Source of the DNA: a bacterium
Lineage (GTDB): Bacteria; Patescibacteriota; Minisyncoccia; Phycocordibacterales; UBA6065
Assembly (NCBI GenBank): GCA_030680695.1
Contig: JAUXUT010000149.1
Span: forward strand, 357,000-420,999
DNA: 64,000 nucleotides
Direction: 5' to 3'
The notes under the pieces were generated by a model. The model saw only the letters and a list, made by a program, of their open reading frames with translations. It was not told where the DNA came from and did not search any database. Below, piece after piece: positions 37,525 to 45,539 of this stretch. A program made the translations under genes and the position numbers. Numbering within the stretch: position 1 is the stretch's first letter; each line of letters opens with the position of its first letter.

Positions 37525-37585
37525 GTATTGAAAAAAGCATTAAAGAGCCCCGTAAGGCCGTTAAATGGCACGGTCGCCAAAAGGC

Positions 37586-37614
37586 TTGACAAAATAATGG
37601 CACGGGTGTATAAT
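37586..37614 (+). promoter_or_regulatory. perfect-consensus sigma70 promoter (TTGACA-17-TATAAT) for the ORF-less transcript
   Basis: gcTTGACAAAataatggCACGGGTGTATAATTgtaTATAAGtct; same module as at 9511. Confidence 0.6.
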
Positions 37615-37620
37615 TGTATA

Positions 37621-37762
37621 TAAGTCTTTCTGTTATTTTGTTTCTACCCGTCTCACGACGGGCACTCGGCCACAGGTACCAAGTCGGTTCCTTGTTGCGG
37701 CGGTGGTGGGGTATCATCCCGCGACAGAAATAAGGGCGCTCCACTCTGGAGCGCCCTTTTTA
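37621..37762 (+). ncRNA. candidate small non-coding RNA (~140 nt, unknown family)
   Basis: The transcript is bounded by the consensus promoter and the intrinsic terminator AAGGGCGCTCCactctGGAGCGCCC-TTTTTATTT. It contains no ATG and has internal hairpins (CCCGTCtcacGACGGG). Confidence 0.4.
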
Positions 37763-38407
37763 TTTATTGAACTGCGCGTTGTACTCACCCATCGCACGTT
37801 CCGGCGAATCGGTCACAGACATCTCGAGACAATCCACCACTTTCTTTATAACTTTTTTAAGTTCATCGGCTTCCTTGTCTTTGAACTCGGCGACTATGAA
37901 ATTGTCGGTGATGGTGTCGTGGTCTGGCTTCTTCAAAGCACCTTTGGCCGTGGCCGGTGTGATGCCAATGCGAATGCGATAAAAAGCCTGGGTGCCGAGG
38001 GCGCGGATGACCGAGTCAACACCCTTGTGGCCACCGGCACTTTTGTCCCACGATACTTTGGCCTTGCCCAAAGGTATGTCGAGATCGTCATGGACAACGA
38101 TAACGTCGGCGAGGGCCTTTTTTGGCTTGCCGTCCGGACCTTTCACTTTCTTCGCGCCTTTGGCGTATTTGGTTAAGGCCGAACCACTCTTGTTCATAAA
38201 GGTCTCGGGCAGTACGAGCGTTACCTTGCCTCCCTTACTTCCCTTGCCACCAACCTTCCCCGACAAAACCAAAGCATTGGTTTTCTTGTCGAATTCAAAA
38301 TCGCCGAGGTCCGCCTTTTTTGCAAACTTCTGCACTGCTTCGCGGCCCGCATTGTGTCGCGTGCCTTCGTATTCTTGTCCTGGGTTTCCTAGTCCGATGA
38401 TTATCAT
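37760..38407 (-). CDS. pth: peptidyl-tRNA hydrolase
   Basis: MIIIGLGNPGQEYEGTRHNAGREAV...VVHDDLDIPLGK matches the Pth catalytic His region. There is a ~35-aa C-terminal extension. Confidence 0.85.
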   Translation of the reverse strand: MIIIGLGNPGQEYEGTRHNAGREAVQKFAKKADLGDFEFDKKTNALVLSGKVGGKGSKGGKVTLVLPETFMNKSGSALTKYAKGAKKVKGPDGKPKKALADVIVVHDDLDIPLGKAKVSWDKSAGGHKGVDSVIRALGTQAFYRIRIGITPATAKGALKKPDHDTITDNFIVAEFKDKEADELKKVIKKVVDCLEMSVTDSPERAMGEYNAQFNK

Positions 38408-38512
38408 AATGAGAATAGGATACCATGCCTTTCAGCAAGCCGACATGGTGTGCCACTTCCTGTCAACGTCGCTTGCGAGCTATACTTACGCATCAATTAA
38501 CCGCTCTACTAT

Positions 38513-39121
38513 ATGGACAATACCCCGCCGGTCGGCCCGCACAACAAACGAGAGCGCAAGTCAGTCTCCTTCCTCAAAGACCTCGTAAAATACGCCCTGA
38601 CCGCCATCATCATCGTTGTACCGATTCGCCTTTGGGTGGCCCAACCTTTCGTGGTCAATGGCTCGTCTATGGATAACACCTTCAGAAACGGCCAGTACCT
38701 CATCGTAGACGAGCTGACATACCGTTTCCGCGAGCCAGAACGCGGCGAGGTCGTCATATTTCGATATCCAAAGGAACCTTCTAAATATTTCATCAAGCGT
38801 CTTGTAGGCTTACCCGGAGAGACGGTAATGGTAAGGGACGATAAAGTCACGATTAGAAATGACCAGTATCCGGACGGGGTCCTGCTATCTGAACCGTACG
38901 CCCAATCACGCACCTTTGGTAACGTGACCGTTACACTCAAGGCAGATGAATATTTCGTAATGGGCGACAACCGTGTAGTGAGCTCTGACTCGCGCGTTTG
39001 GGGACCGCTCCCGAAAGACGACATCATCGGACGTCCGATTGTGAGGCTCATGCCACTCAGTAGAATGGGAATGTTGCCAGGAGCAGTTTCGACATCGACG
39101 ATTATCCAGGAAACGAACTAA
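38513..39121 (+). CDS. lepB: signal peptidase I
   Basis: VVNGSSMDNTF (Ser box), FIKRLVGLPGETV (Lys box) and GDNRVVSSDSRVWG (box E). Confidence 0.85.
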   Translation: MDNTPPVGPHNKRERKSVSFLKDLVKYALTAIIIVVPIRLWVAQPFVVNGSSMDNTFRNGQYLIVDELTYRFREPERGEVVIFRYPKEPSKYFIKRLVGLPGETVMVRDDKVTIRNDQYPDGVLLSEPYAQSRTFGNVTVTLKADEYFVMGDNRVVSSDSRVWGPLPKDDIIGRPIVRLMPLSRMGMLPGAVSTSTIIQETN

Positions 39122-39125
39122 CTAT

Positions 39126-40370
39126 ATGAATATCAAGGCAATGCCGGCTAAGAAGGTTAAAAAGATCGAGCATCCTAAATACGTTTCCTATGACCATGTC
39201 GATGCAGCTGGAGAGGCCGCACTCTTCTATGGATTTACTCCACTCACCCATCCACACATCCATCCGAACGACAGTGCCGCCGCAAAATCCATATCTGAAG
39301 GTGAGATTGTTATTGACCATGACGACCATTCCGAAGGAGCGGTAGTCCGACTCGAAGAAAAAATTGCTCTCTTGCGCCTCCATGAACGCGAGAAACTCAT
39401 CGCGACCCCACAGCCTGTTATGTTGTATTACCGCAAACCTTTCATAGGCGACCGCCGCAAGCCGAACCCTAAAGAAGTCCACCACGGCCTCGAAATCCTA
39501 GGTACTAACAAATCCATCGCCGAAGCATTGCTTATCAAGGCGTCGCTTGCCATCCTTACAGACGCCGGCGAAACAGACCTTCGTGTAGAAATAAACTCAA
39601 TCGGCGACAAAGAATCGATTGCACGTTTCTCGCGCGAAATAACGGCTTACTATCGCCGATTCCTTAACGAGCTCCCAGCCAACTGCAAGCAACTCATGAA
39701 AAAGGACGTGTTCAGCCTCCTTGGCTGTGATCACGAGGCTTGCCTGCGACTTGCACAAGACTGCCCAAAGTCGATCAACTTCCTTTCGGAAGCCTCGCGT
39801 CAGCATTTCAAAGAAGTGCTCGAATACCTCGAGGAACTTGGTATCCCGTACACGATTAACAACTCGCTTGTCGCCAATCGCGACTACTGCAGCGAAACCG
39901 TATTCGAGATACGCGGATCGGATCCAAAGGGTCATCCAAAGGCCATCGGCATCAGGTATGACACCCTGGCCAAACGCCTTGGACACAAAAAAGAGCTTCC
40001 TGCCGTAGGTGTATCGCTCGCCATCAACAAAAAAGCTGCCAAAACTGCAGCGGTAAAGAAAACTGTCATCGCAAAAATCCTCGATCCTCAAATTTGCTTC
40101 ATGCAGCTCGGTTTTGAGGCAAAGCTCAAGTCGCTTGAATTGCTCGAGATACTCCGCAAGGCACGAATCCCAGTAAACCACTCGCTCGCCAAAGACAAGA
40201 TGGCTGGCCAGATTGGCATGGCTGAAAAAATGCAGGCCCCAGTCGTAGTCATCATGGGCAAGAAAGAAGCCATGGAAGGATCGGTTATCGTTCGCGAAAC
40301 ATCCACACGATCACAGGACACTATTCGATTCGACGACGTTGCCGCACAGCTCAAGAAGTTTAAAGTATAG
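39126..40370 (+). CDS. hisS: histidyl-tRNA synthetase-like class II enzyme (divergent N-terminus)
   Basis: YYRKPFIGDRRKPNPKEVHHGLEILG matches HisRS motif 2; IGIRYDTLAKRLGHKKELPAVGVSLAI matches motif 3 (GGRYD...PAVGF). A C-terminal anticodon-binding-like domain is present, but canonical motif 1 is not evident. Confidence 0.55.
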   Translation: MNIKAMPAKKVKKIEHPKYVSYDHVDAAGEAALFYGFTPLTHPHIHPNDSAAAKSISEGEIVIDHDDHSEGAVVRLEEKIALLRLHEREKLIATPQPVMLYYRKPFIGDRRKPNPKEVHHGLEILGTNKSIAEALLIKASLAILTDAGETDLRVEINSIGDKESIARFSREITAYYRRFLNELPANCKQLMKKDVFSLLGCDHEACLRLAQDCPKSINFLSEASRQHFKEVLEYLEELGIPYTINNSLVANRDYCSETVFEIRGSDPKGHPKAIGIRYDTLAKRLGHKKELPAVGVSLAINKKAAKTAAVKKTVIAKILDPQICFMQLGFEAKLKSLELLEILRKARIPVNHSLAKDKMAGQIGMAEKMQAPVVVIMGKKEAMEGSVIVRETSTRSQDTIRFDDVAAQLKKFKV

Positions 40371-40373
40371 AAA

Positions 40374-40478
40374 GCTCCGTATGCCCTTTCCTGGAGACCA
40401 TCGGAGGCCGACGGGCCGAGATCGAGCGCCCGGCCTCCAAGGCCGGGACGCGTGCTCCGGGAAAGGGCCATACGGGGC
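40374..40478 (+). promoter_or_regulatory. ~105-nt nested inverted-repeat element upstream of rpsU
   Basis: The outer ~20-bp stem (GCTCCGTATGCCCTTTCCTGGAG ... CTCCGGGAAAGGGCCATACGGGGC) encloses an inner hairpin (GGAGGCCG ... CGGCCTCC). Confidence 0.35.
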
Positions 40479-40520
40479 GAACCTTGAGCTTTTCCTAGCC
40501 ATATGATAAGCTATCGACCT

Positions 40521-40775
40521 ATGGCAACAAACGTAGAAGTATCGCGAAACGGCACCGAAAATCCCCTCTCCCTTTTGAGGCGCTTCACAAAGCGCGTCCA
40601 GGGATCTGGTATTCTTCCTCGCGTCCGAAAGGATCGATACCACGAGCGAACCTTGTCTCACTACAAGACCAAGATGAAGACGCTCGAGGGCATCAAACGC
40701 CGCGAGGAACGCGCCGAGCTCATCAAACTGGGCAAAATCAATCCTGAGGCAGAGCGCGCAGCTCGCCGACGATAA
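40521..40775 (+). CDS. rpsU: 30S ribosomal protein S21
   Basis: VEVSRNGTENPLSLLRRFTKRVQGSGILPRVRKDRYHERTLSHYKTKMK matches the S21 pattern (V-x-V...ALRRFKR...R-R-x-Y-E). The start is at MATNVEV; the track starts at 40503. Confidence 0.6.
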   Translation: MATNVEVSRNGTENPLSLLRRFTKRVQGSGILPRVRKDRYHERTLSHYKTKMKTLEGIKRREERAELIKLGKINPEAERAARRR

Positions 40776-40783
40776 TCCGACCA

Positions 40784-41161
40784 ATGTCGGTTTCCATTCT
40801 AAACAAGACCAAAGGCAAGCTCCCCCGCTTGCCTTTCGCGTCTATGAAAGATGCGGTGCTCGGTGCCGAATATGAACTTTCCCTTGTATTTGTCGGGGAT
40901 GCAGAATCTCGCCGTATCAACATAGAAACGCGCGACAAGGATTATGTCCCGAACGTCCTCTCGTTCGAACTTGATGACTGGTCTGGTGAGATATTCATAA
41001 ACCCAAAAGAGGCTGCCCGACAGGCAAAAGATTTTGGCCGAACGCCTTCAAACATGATTGTATTTCTGTATATCCACGGCCTTTGCCATTTGAAAGGATT
41101 GAAGCATGGTAGTAAGATGGAGAGAACAGAGGTTGGATTCCGTAAGGAGTTCGGCATCTAG
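40784..41161 (+). CDS. ybeY: rRNA maturation endoribonuclease YbeY
   Basis: IHGLCHLKGLKHG is the H-x-x-x-H-x-x-x-x-x-H zinc motif. Confidence 0.8.
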   Translation: MSVSILNKTKGKLPRLPFASMKDAVLGAEYELSLVFVGDAESRRINIETRDKDYVPNVLSFELDDWSGEIFINPKEAARQAKDFGRTPSNMIVFLYIHGLCHLKGLKHGSKMERTEVGFRKEFGI

Positions 41162-41170
41162 GACCTCCCC

Positions 41171-42322
41171 ATGCGTAAGCACACCGCCGTAGGCATAGAC
41201 ATTGGCACCCAAGACATTAAGGTCGTGGTGGCTTCTTCTGACGGCACAGGCGAGCGAGCCTTGCCGAAGATAATCGGCACATCTACTGTCGAGTCTAAAG
41301 GCGTGCGCCATGGATATGTAGTGAACATTTCCGAAACCGCCAAGTCATTGCGCATCGCCATTGCCCAGGCCGAACGCGCATCCGGAGTAAAAATCCGCAA
41401 GGCCTTCGTATCAATTGGCGGCGTGAGCCTCCAGAGCGTTTCGACTCTTGGGTCGGTAATCATATCGCGCGGCGATTCTGAAGTATCAGAACTCGACCTC
41501 GACAAGGCAACTGCCGCTGCCGAACGCAATCTTTCAACATCGCAAACTTCGAACAGGCGCATCATTCACACGATACCTCTTTCATATCGCATCGACGGAA
41601 AACCAGTATTCGGACGACCGCAAGGAATGAAGGGTAACAAGCTCGAAGCAAAAGTTCTCTTTATCACTTGCCTGACGCAGCACCTCGAAGACCTCATCGA
41701 GACCTGCGACGAAGCAGGCGTCGAAGTGCTCGACGTAACCGCCGCGCCGATTGCCGCATCGCTCGTCCTTCTTTCCAAGAACCAAAAAGTCGCCGGCTGT
41801 GTGCTCGCAGATATGGGTTCTGAAACCACTTCCATTGTCGTATACGAGAACAATCTCCCGATATCGCTGGAAGTATTCCCGATCGGCTCGACCGACGTTA
41901 CAAACGACATCGCTCTTGGGCTCAAAATACCGATCGAAGACGCCGAAGGCGTGAAGCGCGGCGGCCCGGCCGCCGCGCAGTTCTCGAAGAAAAAGCTCGA
42001 CGATATTATGGGCGCGCGACTATACGATATATTCGAACTGATCGAAGAGCACCTAAAAAAGATTGATCGAAACGGACTTCTCCCTGCTGGAATTATCCTT
42101 TCGGGTGGTGGATCTGGTATTTCTGGCATTGACGGGCTCGCCAAGGAATCCCTTGGGCTCCCTTCGCGTGTTATATTGGCGCGCGATTCGGCAATATCCG
42201 TCGCCTACGGCCTCGGTATGCTCGGATTAGGCACGGAAGAAGCCAATGACGTTCATGGCGTGCGACGCGGAACGTCGATGCTCGCAAAACCACTCGCCTG
42301 GCTAAGACAACTCCTCCCATAA
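41171..42322 (+). CDS. ftsA: cell division protein FtsA
   Basis: Actin-like fold: VGIDIGTQDIKVVVA phosphate-1 and ILSGGGSGISGIDGLAKESLGLPSRV adenosine motif. Confidence 0.85.
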   Translation: MRKHTAVGIDIGTQDIKVVVASSDGTGERALPKIIGTSTVESKGVRHGYVVNISETAKSLRIAIAQAERASGVKIRKAFVSIGGVSLQSVSTLGSVIISRGDSEVSELDLDKATAAAERNLSTSQTSNRRIIHTIPLSYRIDGKPVFGRPQGMKGNKLEAKVLFITCLTQHLEDLIETCDEAGVEVLDVTAAPIAASLVLLSKNQKVAGCVLADMGSETTSIVVYENNLPISLEVFPIGSTDVTNDIALGLKIPIEDAEGVKRGGPAAAQFSKKKLDDIMGARLYDIFELIEEHLKKIDRNGLLPAGIILSGGGSGISGIDGLAKESLGLPSRVILARDSAISVAYGLGMLGLGTEEANDVHGVRRGTSMLAKPLAWLRQLLP

Positions 42323-42335
42323 AGGCCACCTTGTC

Positions 42336-42361
42336 AACCCCTTGATACATAAGGGGTTTTT
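42336..42361 (+). terminator. terminator after ftsA, overlapping the ftsZ promoter
   Basis: AACCCCTTgatacatAAGGGGTT followed by TTTTT. Confidence 0.5.
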
Positions 42362-42369
42362 GCTATAAT
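42342..42369 (+). promoter_or_regulatory. ftsZ promoter (TTGATA-16-TATAAT)
   Basis: TTGATAcataaggggtttttgcTATAAT, about 55 nt upstream of the ftsZ ATG. Confidence 0.5.
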
Positions 42370-42423
42370 CCGCCTACGTTACCAAACCCCGAACGAGAAC
42401 CCTCGCGCGGCTTATAAAACACA

Positions 42424-43614
42424 ATGCCAAATATCGTTCCAGAAGTAGAGACATTCGCACGAATCAAGGTTATTGGAGCCGGCGGCTCGGGCAAAAACAC
42501 CGTGAACCACATGGTTGCTGCCAAGGTTAAGGGTGTCGAGTTTATCGCCATCAACACCGACGCCCAGGACCTCCATCACTCACTCGCCAAGAAAAAGATC
42601 CATATCGGTAAGAACCTAACCAAGGGTCTGGGAACCGGCATGAACCCAGAGCTCGGCCGACGCGCAGTTGAAGAAACAAAAGAAGAACTCCAGGAAGCAA
42701 TCAAAGGTGCTGACATGGTATTCGTCGCAGGCGGTCTCGGCGGAGGAACAGGATCAGGCGCAACTCCAGTAATCGCCAAAACTGCAAAGGAACTTGGCGC
42801 ACTCACCATCGGTGTTGTCACCAAGCCATTCTTCTTCGAAGGAAACCAGCGCATGAAGATTGCAGACGTCGCTCTTGAGGCTCTTCGCAAGGAAGTTGAC
42901 GCACTCATCGTCATTCCAAACGACCGACTCATGGCAAACATCGACAGGAACACTACTGCCAAGGCCGCTTTCGCCATCTGCGACGAGGTCTTGAAACAGG
43001 CTGTTGAAGGTATCTCTGACCTCATCACCACCCCAGGAACTATCAACATAGACTTTGCCGACATCCGATCTATCCTCGAAAACACTGGATCAGCTCTCAT
43101 GGGTATCGGTACCGCATCTGGCGAGAAACGAGCCGAGGACGCCGCAAAAATGGCAATCTCGTCCCCTCTCCTAGACATCTCGATTGCTGGCGCCAAGGGT
43201 GTGCTCTTCTCTATCGCCGGCGGTGACGACCTCACCATGTTCGAAATTCAGGACGCTGCAAAGGTCATCACTGAATCGATTGACCCGAACGCCAAGGTAA
43301 TCTTCGGAACCGTACGTGATGACAAGCTGAAGAAGGGTGAAGTAAAAGTCACCGTCATCGCTGCTGGTTTTGGTGACTCCCCTACGCTCGCACCACTTTC
43401 TAAACCTAAGTCTCTCTTCTCGTCGTCCACTCCAGAAGAAAAGAAAGAAGAGTCCAAGAAAGCCATCCATAACACCGTGTCCGCCCCTGCGCCACGCACA
43501 GAGGAAAAACCTCTAGCCAAGATGGATGACAAGAAACCTTCTATCCCAACCATCGATTCTGATGACGATGACAATTGGGGCGCGGTGCCGGCGTTTCTCC
43601 GACGAAAAAAGTAA
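42424..43614 (+). CDS. ftsZ: cell division protein FtsZ
   Basis: GGGTGSGATPVIAKTAKE is the tubulin signature, with an Asp-rich C-terminal tail. Confidence 0.9.
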   Translation: MPNIVPEVETFARIKVIGAGGSGKNTVNHMVAAKVKGVEFIAINTDAQDLHHSLAKKKIHIGKNLTKGLGTGMNPELGRRAVEETKEELQEAIKGADMVFVAGGLGGGTGSGATPVIAKTAKELGALTIGVVTKPFFFEGNQRMKIADVALEALRKEVDALIVIPNDRLMANIDRNTTAKAAFAICDEVLKQAVEGISDLITTPGTINIDFADIRSILENTGSALMGIGTASGEKRAEDAAKMAISSPLLDISIAGAKGVLFSIAGGDDLTMFEIQDAAKVITESIDPNAKVIFGTVRDDKLKKGEVKVTVIAAGFGDSPTLAPLSKPKSLFSSSTPEEKKEESKKAIHNTVSAPAPRTEEKPLAKMDDKKPSIPTIDSDDDDNWGAVPAFLRRKK

Positions 43615-43622
43615 GGGTTCAG

Positions 43623-43715
43623 AAAAGGAGGCCCTGTGAAGCACGGATATTTTCCTACTGGAAAATTCCTCGAGCTCGCGCCGTCGAGCTCGCTAGTCTT
43701 CACAGGGCCTCCTTT
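43623..43715. terminator. large ~93-nt stem-loop between convergent ftsZ and the 43718-43999 gene (bidirectional terminator candidate)
   Basis: AAAAGGAGGCCCTGTGAAG ... CTTCACAGGGCCTCCTTTT outer stem, with an inner CGAGCTCG x2 palindrome. Confidence 0.45.
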
Positions 43716-43717
43716 TC

Positions 43718-43999
43718 TTACCTTTGTTCGAGTCTCGTGATGCGGGAATGTAAAGTGAGAACATCTTCCCTGTCTGCCTTACGTATAGCAAGATCGTCTA
43801 TCTTACGTTCAAGCCTTTCAAATCCGTCGAACACCATTTCGAAACCTTCCATCATTTTTGCTTCGAGCCGCCCGAGCTTAGTATCAAGCTTCTCATCAAG
43901 CTTGGCATCGAGCTTAGTTTCGAGCTTCTCATCCAAAAGCCTCTCGAACACGCCGACCGTGAGCACGTCATCCCTGTTGATTTTATCAAGCATGATCAT
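43718..43999 (-). CDS. small coiled-coil protein (hypothetical)
   Basis: Heptad-like KLETKLDAKLDEKLDTKLGRLEAKM repeats and no TM. A GGTATAAT -10-like element lies ~20 nt upstream. Confidence 0.3.
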   Translation of the reverse strand: MIMLDKINRDDVLTVGVFERLLDEKLETKLDAKLDEKLDTKLGRLEAKMMEGFEMVFDGFERLERKIDDLAIRKADREDVLTLHSRITRLEQR

Positions 44000-44146
44000 A
44001 GAAGTTGAAAGATTATACCGCTAATCCATCTTCGCATTCCAGCGCAGAATGTCATCACGACACAGATAAAATAAAGCTCAAGAAATTCGGAGAAAAAAGC
44101 CGCGCTTACTCTGCACTTTATTTTTCGTATGTCAATGAATCCATTG

Positions 44147-44155
44147 GCCGTCCAT
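44147..44155 (+). promoter_or_regulatory. extended -10 promoter element (TGGTACAAT) upstream of trxB
   Basis: The TGnTACAAT element sits 22 nt before the ATG at 44177; there is no good -35. Confidence 0.3.
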
Positions 44156-44176
44156 TTGGTACAATAGTCCCTACCT

Positions 44177-45094
44177 ATGTACGACTTGGCAATCATCGGC
44201 GGCGGACCAGCGGGCGTTGCGGCGGGCGTCTATGCTTCGCGCAAGCGCCTCAAAACCATATTCATCACCAAGGACTGGAACAGCCAATCCACCGTATCCG
44301 AAGGCATCGAAAACTGGATCGGCACGGTCAAGATTTCCGGCCCGGATTTCGCAAAATCATTGGAATCACATCTGCGTGCATACGCGGCAGATGTTGTAGA
44401 CATAAAGGTCGGCGAGTGGGTAACCAAAGTATCGGGCACAGACGGCGATTTCACTGTTGAATCAGACAAGGAATCGTACAAGACCAAGTCTGTGCTCGTT
44501 ACAACTGGTTCGGCACGCCGCAGACTCGACGTCCCCGGCGCCGATCAGTTTGAACACAAAGGCGTCACATACTGCGCTTCTTGTGACGGCCCAGTATTTT
44601 CCGGCCAAGAAGTCGTCGTGGTGGGCGGCGGCAATGCAGCGTTCGAAAGCGCCGCCCAACTCCTTGCTTACTGTTCCAAAGTTACGCTTCTCAACCGTTC
44701 TGGCGAGTTCCGCGCCGACCCATCAACCGTTGCCAAGGTTCTTGCTCACCCAAATATGGTCGCCATAAAAAATGCTGTCCCGACCGAAATAAAGGGTTCC
44801 AAGTTTGTAACAAGTATTTCGTACAAAGACACCGTGACCGGCACCACAACAGACATTCCCGCCGCCGGGATATTCGTCGAGATCGGATCTCTCCCTGCAA
44901 CTGGTTTTGTGCAGGGCCTCGTAGACCTTGACCCGACGGGACACATCAAAGTGGATCCCCTTACCCAAGCAACTTCCGCAAAAGGCGTCTGGGCGGCCGG
45001 CGATTCGACCGACGGTCTATATCACCAGAACAATATTGCTGCGGGTGATGCTGTAAAAGCCCTCGAAGACATATACCTCCATCTGCGCGCATAA
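44177..45094 (+). CDS. trxB: thioredoxin-disulfide reductase
   Basis: IIGGGPAGVAAGVYA (FAD), CASCDG redox-active disulfide and VVGGGNAAFESA (NADPH). Confidence 0.9.
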   Translation: MYDLAIIGGGPAGVAAGVYASRKRLKTIFITKDWNSQSTVSEGIENWIGTVKISGPDFAKSLESHLRAYAADVVDIKVGEWVTKVSGTDGDFTVESDKESYKTKSVLVTTGSARRRLDVPGADQFEHKGVTYCASCDGPVFSGQEVVVVGGGNAAFESAAQLLAYCSKVTLLNRSGEFRADPSTVAKVLAHPNMVAIKNAVPTEIKGSKFVTSISYKDTVTGTTTDIPAAGIFVEIGSLPATGFVQGLVDLDPTGHIKVDPLTQATSAKGVWAAGDSTDGLYHQNNIAAGDAVKALEDIYLHLRA

Positions 45095-45132
45095 TCTTGC
45101 GTAAGGCCTATACATGGCCATATTTTTGTCTA

Positions 45133-45162
45133 TTGACAAACACCCCTGAATGGGTGTATAAT
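45133..45162 (+). promoter_or_regulatory. consensus sigma70 promoter (TTGACA-18-TATAAT) for the 97-aa ORF
   Basis: aTTGACAAAcacccctgaaTGGGTGTATAATatatag; shares TTGACAAA and GGGTGTATAAT with the promoters at 9511 and 37586. Confidence 0.55.
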
Positions 45163-45170
45163 ATATAGAA

Positions 45171-45464
45171 ATGAGTGCTTCCATCCCCTTCGGGACAGAC
45201 GGAACTCTTTCTGTGAATTTTGAAAAGGGCACGGCGAATGTGAGCCTGATGAACGTCATGGCGGGCAATCCAACTGGATTTGCACGCAAGGCGGCCAACA
45301 GGCTCGGCTGCGGGTCAGAGCTCATCCCTATCCAAGGATCGCTCGCCGCGGACTACCGCTTTATCTTCGAGGCTCCGGCCTCGCAAGACACGGAATCCTT
45401 CTTGCGCTCACTGCGCGAAAAGCTTTCCGAGATCCTCGATATCACAGATCGGTTCTCGATCTGA
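45171..45464 (+). CDS. hypothetical 97-aa protein in a self-contained, probably highly expressed unit
   Basis: MSASIPFGTDGTLSVNFEKGTANVSLMNVMAGNPTGFARKAANRLGCGSELIPIQG... has no TM helix or signal peptide and no motif I recognise. Confidence 0.35.
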   Translation: MSASIPFGTDGTLSVNFEKGTANVSLMNVMAGNPTGFARKAANRLGCGSELIPIQGSLAADYRFIFEAPASQDTESFLRSLREKLSEILDITDRFSI

Positions 45465-45480
45465 ATCCCCTCTCACTCAA

Positions 45481-45510
45481 GGCCCCACGCATGCGCGGGG
45501 CCTTTTTCTT
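45481..45510 (+). terminator. terminator after the 97-aa ORF
   Basis: GGCCCCacgcatgcgcGGGGCC followed by TTTTTCTTTTCC. Confidence 0.55.
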
Positions 45511-45539
45511 TTCCTTTCTTTATCTTTTCGGGAATCTTT

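Noticed and set aside
37621-37762. Identification of the candidate sRNA as 4.5S/SRP RNA, 6S RNA or a riboswitch
   Set aside because: No SRP domain IV GGAA/AGCAG motif is present. The length and fold do not fit 6S RNA. There is no downstream same-strand gene for a riboswitch to control. It stays unclassified.
44134-44139. TTGGCC as the -35 element for the trxB promoter
   Set aside because: Spacing to the TACAAT -10 is only 10 nt. I treated the site as an extended -10-only promoter (TGnTACAAT).
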